DNA of 64,000 nt from NCBI GenBank assembly GCA_002722615.1, contig PBMQ01000037.1, forward strand, positions 34,958-98,957. The letters run 5' to 3'. Under the pieces are notes generated by a model that worked only from the letters and a program-made list of their open reading frames with translations, ran no database searches and was not told the origin of the DNA. This DNA comes from Methanobacteriota archaeon. GTDB taxonomy: Archaea > Thermoplasmatota > Poseidoniia > Poseidoniales > Poseidoniaceae. The position numbers and the translations under genes were made by a program. Shown one piece after another: positions 47,490-56,904 of the stretch (positions are counted from its first letter, which is position 1; each line of letters begins with the position of its first letter).

Positions 47490-48043
47490 TCTCCAACTCG
47501 AACATCCACATCGGCATCAAAACTTACCTCATCTGGCAAGTCTTGGCCTTGAGGGACGATTCCAGGTTGTGTATTCCATTCAACGGATTCCGGGCTGTTG
47601 ACTACCTTCATGACATTTAACCCTACAAAGACCTGAATGCCAGCATGGGTTCGATGAACCACTGGTGAAACCTCTTCATGAAATGTAGCATTCATGTGTT
47701 TACAAATTTCAGCAAAGGTACGTTGACCATTGCAGAGTTCCCATAGCACGCTATTCTTGTCAAGCAATGGTCTTCGAAGTTCCTTTGGTGCTCTCATCAG
47801 TTTTGCGAAGATACGCTCAATCCGCCCGAATGTCTTTTCAAAACGTAGTACTATTGTTTTGCCAGTGGACCCCTCGACATCAGGATGTGGTCCCGAATCG
47901 CCCGTTCGACACCACCATACGGGTAGGCGAACAGGATATTTTTCGGCCAATGGATGGTTTTCTAAATCGACTAAATCCATGAAATCCCTCACATGTCTGA
48001 CCATGTCCACCAAACGAGACTCAGCATTGAAACGACTCCGCAT
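47486..48043 (-). CDS. Hypothetical protein with a PqqD-like (RiPP-recognition-element-like) segment
   Basis: LLDKNSVLWELCNGQRTFAEICKHMNATFHEEVSPV..DVQVFVGLNVMKV resembles the PqqD-family core (LNetaa.IWelcDGkrTv.eI...L...f). Tentative. Confidence 0.4.
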   Translation of the reverse strand: MRSRFNAESRLVDMVRHVRDFMDLVDLENHPLAEKYPVRLPVWWCRTGDSGPHPDVEGSTGKTIVLRFEKTFGRIERIFAKLMRAPKELRRPLLDKNSVLWELCNGQRTFAEICKHMNATFHEEVSPVVHRTHAGIQVFVGLNVMKVVNSPESVEWNTQPGIVPQGQDLPDEVSFDADVDVRVGD

Positions 48044-48183
48044 AATGCTGAGATACGAATAACTTCTCTTCGCTTACCGAATTTGTCCAGATACCATGTT
48101 AGGACACCGAAAAATGCTACAGCAACCCAAAGAAAATACCAGATTGGGTTCTCTTGGACCATGTAGTGCCATTCGCATACACA

Positions 48184-51100
48184 TCAAGGCTGTTTCCCTA
48201 AACGGTCTAGGTATTGTTGACCGTAATGGGTCCACTGTTCCATACTCCACCCTGCAGGTAATCCATCAGGGGGCAAAGGTGGATTTGTGGCAGAATGAAC
48301 AGCTGGTTCTCCTGTTTGATGTGCAGTTTCAACGAAGACTTGTTGAGTGATTGGTGGACCTGCAACGAAGGTGTCTTCTACATGTTCATCCATTCCAAGT
48401 CTTTGCTTTCTAATGATCAACAGTATTGCAACTAGTATCGCTACACCTAGGCCACTTGCTATGAGTGTCGGACCATTGAGGTTCGATGCAAAAAATGAAT
48501 TGTCTTCACTTGGTTTTACAAAATTAAGATATCGTGTTTCAGCGAATCCTATTTCGCCATCAATTGTTGATGCAGACAGGACAATTTCCCCTTCATAAAC
48601 ACCTCCCAACCGTTGTATTTCGCATCGTATGTCTTTGAGCGATTCAGAATTACGGGCATACGGTAAAGACGTATTCATGACATCACCACTTGCAGTTAAC
48701 ATGCCATCACACATAACTTGCCAGTTGTCAGGATAGGCAAAAGAGATGGATATATCCTCTGCTTGGGTAGAGAAACTCGTAAGATTTACCCACGCAATTC
48801 CAGTTGATTCAATAGAATCATTTCCTAAGTTCGACAAACTCAACTCCACTTTACGTTGTTGATTCACGGTAATGAGATTTTGATGTTCTATCCTCACAAT
48901 ATCTCCTACGAGATCCTGACCACCTTCAACAGTTGTCGTAATGACAATTCGGGTGTTGAGGGGTACATCATCACCAATAACAACATCGATGAAGATCAGT
49001 TTACTTGAACCTGCACTCATTGGGAAGGTTAGTGTTTCACCTTCTTCAGCAGTCGGTCCACCTACACCGGCAGTTAGGAATGCAACAACTCCAGTCGTCG
49101 GCGGTGAAGTGGACAATTCGAATTGTATATCCATCGATGATTCCAAAGCATTTCCTACATTGGTCAACGTACCATCAAGTCGTTGGGTTGAACCAACCAT
49201 AGCATGGATGTCCAATACAGATCCATTGTATTCTGGGAATTTTACACTTCCAGTAATCATATCAACAGAAGCATCGTTGTCATCGGGATGGATGTCATCG
49301 CCCTCTGTATTGACGCGAATGGAAATCGTATGGAATTCACCTGCAGCTTCTGTCATTGGTACATGAAGAAGCAGTTCAATTTCGATTCGTTCATCACCTG
49401 TATACGAGACACCCAACTCTATTGTCATAGTTTCAAGAATGACTCCGTCCATTCGAATGGAATATGTCCATGAGGATGGTGCATCCACAAGCGACACTGT
49501 AACAGATGATGGCCCGTTTCCATTGTTGATGATCTCTGCGCCAAGAACAGTCGTGCCGCCGGGAACAATAACTGAAGTTGATGAAAGAATACTGATGCTA
49601 GCATCGTACAATGTCTCAATCATAATGTTGCTATAATCGGGGCCAGTATAACTCATGCCGCTACGAGTGGATGTAAGAATGGGATTAATTTTGGGCGCCA
49701 TGTCTTTTGCTTGAGCATTCTCAGGGGCAGTTACTGAAACATAAAACGAGGTCGATGCCCCTGGATTGATAACAATGGGCGGACGTTGTTCTTTTTCTAT
49801 GGTCCAGCCGATTGCGGGTATATATTCAACATCGAATTCAAAACTATCCTGTCGAGTTGCTTGGTTTGTTACGGTGTAACGAATCTCCACTCGGTCTCCT
49901 GCAGATATCATCGTGACATCATTTTCGTCAATTGAAAGTTCTATGAGAGCATTAGAGATCATTGATGCTTGGACTGCAATTGCCTCAACTGTACTACGGC
50001 TTGTATCGTTTTGCGACGTCATTGTGAACCAATATTCTCCCGTTTTGTCCGGTGTTTCACCTTGGGGTACAGTCATTACAAAGTTTACAGTATTAATCTG
50101 TCCCGGGATGAGCCGTACAGAAGGAGGTTGATCGAAGGCGAGGTTGACGCTCCAGCCAACATCGAGTGATTTTGACTGTACATCCAAATCGAAAACATCC
50201 GTTGCTTGTCCTATGTTTTCAACTTCTACCACAAATGCGCATGATGACCCAGGCGCACATTTCGGTTTAATTTCTGGAACATGGATGTGCGGAATCCGAT
50301 CTGCTGATACTTGGAACTGCATACCTTCCTGAACGGAAAAACCAGGATTCTGAAGGCTTGATGCCATAAACGTGAGCGGTACGAATCCTACAGTAGCGTT
50401 CACACTCGGTTGAAGTTTGACATCTATTTGCCGAGATTCACCCGGTAACAGTCGTACGCCTGTGCTAGGATTGATACCTGCTCCACTCGGGAATGAGAAG
50501 GCGACATTCCAATCGTTAGGTAAATTGGTAACTGTTGGGAGGATTGAATCGCTAATGTTCCCTGTGTTGGTTAATTCCAAACGAATCTCACCCCAAGAAC
50601 CTGGAATCGCTCCGTTTGTAAAGACCCCTGATACATCAAGATTGTATTCCTCATTCCGTGCTGATTGATCGTAAACAATAACGAAATCATCGAACCAATA
50701 TCCTATATCAGTTCCAGTAGAGTCGCTTGTGAACGAGAATTTGAATCTTGAATTTGAATGGAAATGAGTTGCTGCGTCTGATGGTATCAAAGGAGTTGTA
50801 TGACCCATATGAGTGTTGGATATAGTCTTCCAATTGGACAGTGTGGCTCCAACAGTTCCAACAATGTTGGCTAATTCGTCCCAATTCCCTTGGTTGTCCA
50901 GTGCAGATACTTTCATCGAATCGTTCGGTTGGGCACTTCCTGCGTAAAAGAATGTCAGACCGTTGGTTCGAGATGGGTTTTGAACAATGTCGCTCATGTC
51001 CCAAATAGGAGTCATCAACTCCGTTTGCAAATTATTTGTGTAACTTCCTGTCTGACCTTGTCCAATATGACAGGATTGGCCCATACTAAGAGCGGTATCC

Positions 51101-51702
51101 ATACTTGTTCCCCAGTATGGTCCAGCGTTCCATCCTACCAACGATGTGCATGTGAAATAATAATTTGCGACGGTATAATGGCGATTGAAATTGTTGTTTG
51201 AAGGATTGTCATCCACACCTTGGAAGGAAGGAGAAACAACAAGTGTGTGATTTCCAGAGTAGTTGACATATACATTGTAAAAAGTGGCTGTCCCTTGTTC
51301 GCTTGATGACAAACTGTTCATTGTTACCGTTCGATTAGACAATTCAAATCTCTCATATTCGTTATGGAGAATAAGTAACTGGACAGTGATAATTCCAGAT
51401 GCAGTACTTCCATCATTTCGAACCGTCACTTCAATGTCCATTGGAGTCGAGTTAACAGTGTCAACCACATACAAATTCTTTGGCCGATCAAATCCAAGTA
51501 TTGGGTGATTGGATGAAAACATCTTGTATTGTGATTCATCATTAGGGTTCGAATATTGAATCGAGACATCGGTTGCAGAAAGGTCAACACCAGTATTTTT
51601 TGATGAAGAATGAGATTGCTCAACCGTTGAAAATTCAGTGCTTGAAATCGGCTGAAGTATCAGCAACAATATCAGAAGCGACACCACACCAATCCTTGGC
51701 AT
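48184..51702 (-). CDS. 1172-aa cell-surface protein with repeated CARDB/Ig-like beta-sandwich domains and a C-terminal TM anchor
   Basis: Signal peptide (VVSLLILLLILQPISS). Repeated (V/L).N.G...(S/D) CARDB-type strands (VTVRNDGSTASGIITVQLL, LELTNTGNISDSILPT, VEVENIGQATDVFDLDV, TLTNVGNALESSMDI). C-terminal anchor LIASGLGVAILVAILLIIRKQR plus a Pro-rich cytoplasmic tail. Confidence 0.6.
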   Translation of the reverse strand: MPRIGVVSLLILLLILQPISSTEFSTVEQSHSSSKNTGVDLSATDVSIQYSNPNDESQYKMFSSNHPILGFDRPKNLYVVDTVNSTPMDIEVTVRNDGSTASGIITVQLLILHNEYERFELSNRTVTMNSLSSSEQGTATFYNVYVNYSGNHTLVVSPSFQGVDDNPSNNNFNRHYTVANYYFTCTSLVGWNAGPYWGTSMDTALSMGQSCHIGQGQTGSYTNNLQTELMTPIWDMSDIVQNPSRTNGLTFFYAGSAQPNDSMKVSALDNQGNWDELANIVGTVGATLSNWKTISNTHMGHTTPLIPSDAATHFHSNSRFKFSFTSDSTGTDIGYWFDDFVIVYDQSARNEEYNLDVSGVFTNGAIPGSWGEIRLELTNTGNISDSILPTVTNLPNDWNVAFSFPSGAGINPSTGVRLLPGESRQIDVKLQPSVNATVGFVPLTFMASSLQNPGFSVQEGMQFQVSADRIPHIHVPEIKPKCAPGSSCAFVVEVENIGQATDVFDLDVQSKSLDVGWSVNLAFDQPPSVRLIPGQINTVNFVMTVPQGETPDKTGEYWFTMTSQNDTSRSTVEAIAVQASMISNALIELSIDENDVTMISAGDRVEIRYTVTNQATRQDSFEFDVEYIPAIGWTIEKEQRPPIVINPGASTSFYVSVTAPENAQAKDMAPKINPILTSTRSGMSYTGPDYSNIMIETLYDASISILSSTSVIVPGGTTVLGAEIINNGNGPSSVTVSLVDAPSSWTYSIRMDGVILETMTIELGVSYTGDERIEIELLLHVPMTEAAGEFHTISIRVNTEGDDIHPDDNDASVDMITGSVKFPEYNGSVLDIHAMVGSTQRLDGTLTNVGNALESSMDIQFELSTSPPTTGVVAFLTAGVGGPTAEEGETLTFPMSAGSSKLIFIDVVIGDDVPLNTRIVITTTVEGGQDLVGDIVRIEHQNLITVNQQRKVELSLSNLGNDSIESTGIAWVNLTSFSTQAEDISISFAYPDNWQVMCDGMLTASGDVMNTSLPYARNSESLKDIRCEIQRLGGVYEGEIVLSASTIDGEIGFAETRYLNFVKPSEDNSFFASNLNGPTLIASGLGVAILVAILLIIRKQRLGMDEHVEDTFVAGPPITQQVFVETAHQTGEPAVHSATNPPLPPDGLPAGWSMEQWTHYGQQYLDRLGKQP

Positions 51703-51731
51703 GGATGGGAATCTCCTTCTATGTATTTGAT

Positions 51732-52592
51732 TTATTCGTCTGCAGAGTCTTGGTTTGCTAATTGGAGTTTCTGTTCATTACGTCGATCTTTGGCTCTAGC
51801 GGCGAAATACACCGTAAATGAAGGGATTAAGACCATAGAAAAGCAACCTACTACTGCAGCAAGCGCCCACAAGAATTCGGTAGCAGCATCAATTTCAAAC
51901 ACCTCGATGCTCGAGAATTCCTCGTTGACTGTGTAGAGATTGACTTGCGGAGCAACTGCTTTGTCACCAGGTTCAGTAATTTGTATGATGACGACTGAAG
52001 GATTGTGTTCGTAGAAGATTTTCTCACGAGCAAGGTCTTCAGCCTCGCTAATTGTTTCTGCAAAAACAGTGCCGTTGGAACGTCGTGCAGGATTGACGGA
52101 CGTCAGGGATTGGATGCTAACTTCGCTTGAATCGGCTTCAACTTCAATGGATTCTCCATATGAGCAGTGCTCTGAGCAGCGGAAATCAACGGTTTTTCCA
52201 TCAACGACGACCTCAGCGTCGTCTATTCCTAGGAATGGATGAGAATACAGCTTGCCGGCATTGGTCATTTTCACGACTGCACCGCTTGCAAGATCATCGA
52301 CAGTCATGTTGACCCAAGTAAGGTTTTGACCATTTGTGGGTACGCTTGCAGTCCAAGTAGTTTCGTTGTTTTGAACCACTTTTGTTAGTTCAATGCCATC
52401 ATATGCCGTGTCGGTTGCTTCTGTTTCATAGATGTAATAACTCGGTGATATTGTTGCTCCGTACACTGCATAGGACAGCAACACGATGAGTGTGAGTGAC
52501 AAACCAATGAGGGTTCTCAATAGGTTTGGATTCTGAGCAAGAGCCTTCTTCATCACTCCTCCCAAAACGACCCCATTCAAGAACACTTGCAC
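51732..52592 (-). CDS. Hypothetical secreted/membrane protein (N- and C-terminal TM)
   Basis: 286 aa. An N-terminal signal/anchor (LIGLSLTLIVLLSYAVYG) and a C-terminal TM (LWALAAVVGCFSMVLIPSFTVYFAARA). Confidence 0.45.
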   Translation of the reverse strand: MQVFLNGVVLGGVMKKALAQNPNLLRTLIGLSLTLIVLLSYAVYGATISPSYYIYETEATDTAYDGIELTKVVQNNETTWTASVPTNGQNLTWVNMTVDDLASGAVVKMTNAGKLYSHPFLGIDDAEVVVDGKTVDFRCSEHCSYGESIEVEADSSEVSIQSLTSVNPARRSNGTVFAETISEAEDLAREKIFYEHNPSVVIIQITEPGDKAVAPQVNLYTVNEEFSSIEVFEIDAATEFLWALAAVVGCFSMVLIPSFTVYFAARAKDRRNEQKLQLANQDSADE

Positions 52593-52688
52593 AAGACCAA
52601 AAACACACGAATGCTCTTCATTGATGTGAGAGATTCTCCCGCTTTATTCAAATAGGGGAGATAAGTCGCAAGGTTGCTTGGTGTAGCT

Positions 52689-53183
52689 ATGACGACGTTT
52701 TACGATGTTCCTGCCAATTTTCTAATCCCTGCGTTAGCTGAAGAATTGAAGAGCAATGATGCGATTAAGATGCCAGATTGGGCTGATGTCGTCAAAACGG
52801 GCTCCTCTCGAGAGCGCCCACCGACACAAACCGACTGGTGGCACACTCGTGGAGCCGCTCTCCTCCGAAAAATTGCTCGACAAGGACCCATTGGAGTCAC
52901 TTCACTGTCTCAAGAATACGGCGGCCGTAAGAACAACGGCTCGAAGCCGAATACTCCTGGCGTAGGATCCCGCAAGGTCATTCGAATTTTGGTTCAACAA
53001 CTCGAAGACGCTGGATTGGTCTCAACCCAAACCGGTCGCTTGGTCGAGCCTGAGGGCCGTGAATCCACTCAACTTTACAACGGCCGTGTAGTTACAGCTG
53101 CTGGACAAAAGATGTTGAATGATGTCGCACACAAAGTTCGACCAGATGTCGAGGCTCAATATCCCGGACTTGACAAGTATTGA
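52689..53183 (+). CDS. rps19e: Ribosomal protein S19e
   Basis: MTTFYDVPANFLIPALAEELK...DWWHTRGAALLRKIARQGPIGV...QQLEDAGLV matches eS19. A TATA-like CTTTATTCAAATAG lies ~45 nt upstream. Confidence 0.9.
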   Translation: MTTFYDVPANFLIPALAEELKSNDAIKMPDWADVVKTGSSRERPPTQTDWWHTRGAALLRKIARQGPIGVTSLSQEYGGRKNNGSKPNTPGVGSRKVIRILVQQLEDAGLVSTQTGRLVEPEGRESTQLYNGRVVTAAGQKMLNDVAHKVRPDVEAQYPGLDKY

Positions 53184-53563
53184 TTGGAAGTGAAACTTTG
53201 AGTACAGCGACTGACGAATCATCGGAACTTGAAGCGTTCCGACAACGTCGGCAAATGGAACTCCAACAACAACTTGAGGAACAAGCAAAACAACAGGCAG
53301 CCGCTGAAGTTGAATCACAAGCGCAGGCTCAAGAACAGCATGCACTCGACCAAGCAATGAAAACGATTCTAACTTCTGAAGCCCGTGGTCGCCTCACAAA
53401 CATCTCCCTTGTCGATTCCAATAAAGCAGACTTGCTGAAGCGTCAGCTTGTAACACTCCATGATCAACAACAGATCACGATTCCTGTCAGCGATGAACAA
53501 CTGAAAAGAATCTTAGCTAGCCTATCCAAGAGCCGCAGAGATGCGTCTATCCGTCGAATATGA
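53180..53563 (+). CDS. PDCD5/TFAR19-family dsDNA-binding protein
   Basis: ELEAFRQRRQMELQQQ...ILTSEARGRLTNISLV...QLVTL...QITIPVSDEQLKRIL. This is the conserved archaeal gene between S19e and L39e. Confidence 0.8.
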   Translation: MIGSETLSTATDESSELEAFRQRRQMELQQQLEEQAKQQAAAEVESQAQAQEQHALDQAMKTILTSEARGRLTNISLVDSNKADLLKRQLVTLHDQQQITIPVSDEQLKRILASLSKSRRDASIRRI

Positions 53564-53578
53564 GAGGGGTGCTCGAAT

Positions 53579-53734
53579 ATGTCAAAAAATAAACCAGCAG
53601 CAAAGAAAATTCGCCTTATGAAGGCAGGAAAGCAAAACCGACGTGTCCCTGTATGGGTCATGCTAAAAACGAACAGAAATACGGTATCGCACCCAAAGCG
53701 ACACCACTGGCGACGTAGCAAGTTGCAACGATGA
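53579..53734 (+). CDS. rpl39e: Ribosomal protein L39e (51 aa; below the ORF-track cutoff)
   Basis: My own translation: [51 protein letters not shown], stop TGA at 53732..53734. This closely matches the eL39 pattern ([20 protein letters not shown]....HPKRRHWRR.KL). Confidence 0.85.
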   Translation: MSKNKPAAKKIRLMKAGKQNRRVPVWVMLKTNRNTVSHPKRHHWRRSKLQR

Positions 53735-53745
53735 GGTGAATCATT

Positions 53746-54024
53746 ATGGCAAGAGCAGCAACATCAGAACTGGTCGTACCACTACGGAAGGCTTGGAACA
53801 TTACCCGATTCAAGCGTGCACCTCGTGCAATCCAAATCATTCGCGATGAAGTCATTCGTCATCTCAAGGTTTTACCTGAAGAAGAGATTTACATTGACCC
53901 ATCCGTGAACGAAAAAATCTGGGAACGTGGTATTGAAAATCCACCACGAAAAATCCGACTCACTGTCATTCGTCACGATGAGCCTGATATCCCTATCGAA
54001 GTCAAGTTGTTTGAGGAGGCCTGA
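53746..54024 (+). CDS. rpl31e: Ribosomal protein L31e
   Basis: [29 protein letters not shown]...[26 protein letters not shown] matches eL31. Confidence 0.9.
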   Translation: MARAATSELVVPLRKAWNITRFKRAPRAIQIIRDEVIRHLKVLPEEEIYIDPSVNEKIWERGIENPPRKIRLTVIRHDEPDIPIEVKLFEEA

Positions 54025-54026
54025 AC

Positions 54027-54218
54027 ATGGGTAACATTCGACCAAGTTTTATCAAAATCCGCGCTATTCGTCTCGTTGAAGAACATGGTGAAAAATTCAC
54101 AGATGATTTCGACCACAACAAAAAGATGGTGGAGCAATTGACTGACGTCAGTACCAAGAAACTTCGCAACTGGATTGCAGGTTACGTTACACGTTATCGA
54201 CAACGCCCAACCGATTGA
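54027..54218 (+). CDS. rps17e: Ribosomal protein S17e
   Basis: [57 protein letters not shown] matches eS17 (MG.IR...IK..A..L.E.....DF..NK.......KKLRN.IAGY.TR). Confidence 0.9.
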   Translation: MGNIRPSFIKIRAIRLVEEHGEKFTDDFDHNKKMVEQLTDVSTKKLRNWIAGYVTRYRQRPTD

Positions 54219-54231
54219 TGAGGTCTTCAGC

Positions 54232-54453
54232 GTGCCCATTTGGGTTGATTGGAACAGAACACCCGTGTCTGTTCATGACTCTGAACAAGAATCACTGGAA
54301 TTACTGATTCTATTTTTGAGAAATACCTACAACGTGCGCCGTCGTTCACTTGTAATGGCTGACCGTGAACGTGGAGGGTTTTTGTTCTTCATCTATCAAG
54401 CATGCAATCCTCTTTGGATTGCTGAATTTGTCGATCGTTTGGAGGAAGAATAA
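54232..54453 (+). CDS. Small hypothetical protein (~70 aa, GTG start), translationally coupled to the downstream methyltransferase
   Basis: In-frame VPIWVDWNRTPVSVHDSEQESLELLILFLRNTYNVRRRSLVMADRERGGFLFFIYQACNPLWIAEFVDRLEEE. Its stop overlaps the next gene's ATG (TAATGG). No recognisable family. It could also be only the 32-aa MADRERGG... peptide. Confidence 0.3.
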   Translation: MPIWVDWNRTPVSVHDSEQESLELLILFLRNTYNVRRRSLVMADRERGGFLFFIYQACNPLWIAEFVDRLEEE

Positions 54454-55289
54454 TGGGTGATCGCAGCAAGATTCCGTTGCCATATTCCACCTATGAATTG
54501 CATGTTGTTCTTGTCGGGATACAACACCCCGGTAATTTAGGTGCAGTATGTCGTTCCTTACTGAACCATGGATTCAACTCGTTACGTTTGGTTCAGCCAC
54601 AATGCCATCCAGATGATCTTGAGGCTCGGAACCGGGCAAAACACGCAGGAAGTGTTCTTGATTCATGCAAATTGTTTGATTCGTTTGAAGAAGCAATACG
54701 TGATTGTTCTTTGGTTGTTGGAACATCTGGCAAACGAGAGATTGGTGATAAAACTCAAAAACGTCATTTCATGTATCCTTGGGAGTTTTCTGAGCGAATC
54801 TCCAGCATCAATCAATCCGTAGCACTAGTTTTCGGTGAAGAGGGTAAAGGACTGAGTACTGAAGACCTGCTTCGATGTGACTATCTTGTCACACTACCGA
54901 CTTGGGAAGGATATCCAATTACAAATCTTAGCCATGCTGTTCATACACTAACGTACGAACTTCATCGGCACCGCGTGCTTGAAAAACAAGGGGATGATGA
55001 AGCACTTCCTGATATCGTCCCCATACAAAGAGGAATTTCACCTGAACAAAGAGTTGTATTGAGGAAGGCGATAGAAGATATTGCAATGCATCTTCCTGGT
55101 GGTGACGAAAGAAAAATTTCCTTTACACATTCACTTACTCGTGCATTGCAACGATCTGGCATGGAACCAGATGAAACCAATCGCTTAATTGGTGGTTTCG
55201 TAGATGCCTCAACGGCTCTTGAGTTTGCATCTCAGCACGATGATTGGAGAGCAACCCGTCGTCGACGCGTCGTCCTCGAGGAAGAATAA
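54453..55289 (+). CDS. SpoU/TrmH-class (SPOUT) RNA 2'-O-methyltransferase, TrmJ-like, with a ~100-aa C-terminal extension
   Basis: LHVVLVGIQHPGNLGAVCRSLLNHGFNSLRLVQP, LVVGTSGK, VALVFGEEGKGLS.EDL..CDYLVTLPT and NLSHAVHTLTYEL are the SPOUT motifs I-III. Confidence 0.8.
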   Translation: MGDRSKIPLPYSTYELHVVLVGIQHPGNLGAVCRSLLNHGFNSLRLVQPQCHPDDLEARNRAKHAGSVLDSCKLFDSFEEAIRDCSLVVGTSGKREIGDKTQKRHFMYPWEFSERISSINQSVALVFGEEGKGLSTEDLLRCDYLVTLPTWEGYPITNLSHAVHTLTYELHRHRVLEKQGDDEALPDIVPIQRGISPEQRVVLRKAIEDIAMHLPGGDERKISFTHSLTRALQRSGMEPDETNRLIGGFVDASTALEFASQHDDWRATRRRRVVLEEE

Positions 55290-55739
55290 TCACGCATACC
55301 AGGAGGCCCAACTTTTTGGGGTTTCACGTACATGCATAGCAACCAATCGCAATCGATTTCCATATGCTGTCTGGATATGTGGTTGGACTTGCTCGTAAGC
55401 CCACTTGGCAAGATTTTCTGCAGTTGGAATGAAAGGAACAACGACTGTTCGGTGGTCGGATGGAAGAGCTTCTAGTAATGTTCTCGCTTCCTGATCTCCT
55501 TCGTATACAACAAATGCATGATCAACAACATCATGGATGTGGATTGTAAGGATTTCACTTACATCACTGAAATCCATTAGCATACCTTCCTCACTTACGC
55601 CTGAAGTTTCCACAATGTCCCCTTCAATTTCTGCTTCGAATCGATATCGATGCCCATGAAAATGTCTGCACTTGCTCTTATGATTTGGTACTCTATGTCC
55701 AGTATCTGTTTCGACATATCTGCGAATTCTTGTTGTCAT
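55290..55739 (-). CDS. queD: 6-carboxy-5,6,7,8-tetrahydropterin synthase (PTPS family)
   Basis: CRHFHGHRYRFEAEIEGD has the Zn-binding His and the catalytic Cys/His of QueD/PTPS. Confidence 0.85.
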   Translation of the reverse strand: MTTRIRRYVETDTGHRVPNHKSKCRHFHGHRYRFEAEIEGDIVETSGVSEEGMLMDFSDVSEILTIHIHDVVDHAFVVYEGDQEARTLLEALPSDHRTVVVPFIPTAENLAKWAYEQVQPHIQTAYGNRLRLVAMHVRETPKSWASWYA

Positions 55740-56119
55740 TCAATCACCTCAAATTTCATTGCAGCACTATTGATGCAATATCGCTCACCACCGTGTTTTC
55801 GCGGCCCATCATTGAAGACATGCCCAAGATGTGCATCGCATGTCCCACATCGGACTTCAACGCGAGTCATGCCATGGGATGTGTCGATAATTCGTTTGAT
55901 GTTAGCATCATGATGTTCTGTATGAAACGCAGGCCAACCGCAACCGGAATCAAATTTCATTTGATCGGTAAACAGTTGGGTTTCGCAAACAATGCAGGAA
56001 TAGTTACCTTTTCGTGTTTCTTTGTTCAATGTACCAGTAAATGGCCGCTCAGTTCCATTCTGCTGAGTGACGTAAAATGATATATCGGATAGTGATGAAA
56101 TACGGTCCTCAAATCTCAT
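55736..56119 (-). CDS. msrB: Peptide-methionine (R)-S-oxide reductase
   Basis: FYVTQQNGTERPFTG...GNYSCIVCETQLFTDQMKFDSGCGWPAF...HGMTRVEVRCGTCDAHLGHVFNDGP...RYCINS has two CxxC Zn motifs plus the catalytic Cys. MRFEDR at 56119 is the likely start (track ORF 55736..56182). Confidence 0.85.
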   Translation of the reverse strand: MRFEDRISSLSDISFYVTQQNGTERPFTGTLNKETRKGNYSCIVCETQLFTDQMKFDSGCGWPAFHTEHHDANIKRIIDTSHGMTRVEVRCGTCDAHLGHVFNDGPRKHGGERYCINSAAMKFEVIE

Positions 56120-56904
56120 TATACCCCTCCTGTATTGTGTTCTGATTCTATCCTTAATGCATGTTTCAATACAGTGTCCCAAGAGTCTTGATATTCGATA
56201 GGGTCCTTACGACCAATAGCATGGAATGCAAGGATTCGCTCAATATCTGAACCACTCTTACCTGAACTTTTTCCATCAGCGTCTGGATTGTATGATGTGA
56301 TGGTATTTTTGAGAACAACATCAAATTCGAGACCGAGCATAGCGCATGATTCTATGGCATCTTCAAGAATGGATGTTTTGTCTCCATGAAGATAGGGTAG
56401 ATCAAAACCAACACGGTTGCTGTCCCAATTTCCAATTTCGAATGCATGTTGTAATGCATCGTAAAATTCAGGCCGACAATCTGGATAAATAGCATGATCA
56501 CCGCTATGTACGCCAAGAGCAAGAACGACATCTTCCCCAGTACGCTTTGACTCAGACAGTGCAAACCCGTACAGAATTGATGCAAATATTGCATTTCGAT
56601 TCGGAACAACTGTTTGTTTCATTTGGTCTTCCTCATAATGACCAAGGGGAACATTTTGTTCCTTGGATGTTAATGCTGAATCAAATAAGGACATTGCTGG
56701 GGATAAATCTACGATATGATGGCTGACTTCCAAACCACATTCCATGCACATGAATATGGTGGATTTTGCACGTTCTAATTCGATTGAATGTTTCTGCCCA
56801 TAGTTGTAAGAGATACACACCGCTTTGTATCCTTGTGCAAGATAATGCATTAAGAGGCATGTGGAATCCATTCCACCACTAAGAGCCATGACTACTGTTT
56901 TCAT
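56119..56904 (-). CDS. queC: 7-cyano-7-deazaguanine (preQ0) synthase
   Basis: MKTVVMALSGGMDSTCLL (PP-loop), YNYGQKHSIELERA, VPNRNAIFASILYG and YPDCRPEF match QueC. Confidence 0.9.
   Translation of the reverse strand: MKTVVMALSGGMDSTCLLMHYLAQGYKAVCISYNYGQKHSIELERAKSTIFMCMECGLEVSHHIVDLSPAMSLFDSALTSKEQNVPLGHYEEDQMKQTVVPNRNAIFASILYGFALSESKRTGEDVVLALGVHSGDHAIYPDCRPEFYDALQHAFEIGNWDSNRVGFDLPYLHGDKTSILEDAIESCAMLGLEFDVVLKNTITSYNPDADGKSSGKSGSDIERILAFHAIGRKDPIEYQDSWDTVLKHALRIESEHNTGGV

Noticed and set aside
54171-54236. Apparent single-nucleotide frame inconsistency when hand-translating the end of rps17e
   Set aside because: Most likely my own mis-count in a G-run (…GCAGGG…). The ORF track frame gives a perfect eS17 C-terminus ([15 protein letters not shown]), so I followed the track coordinates.
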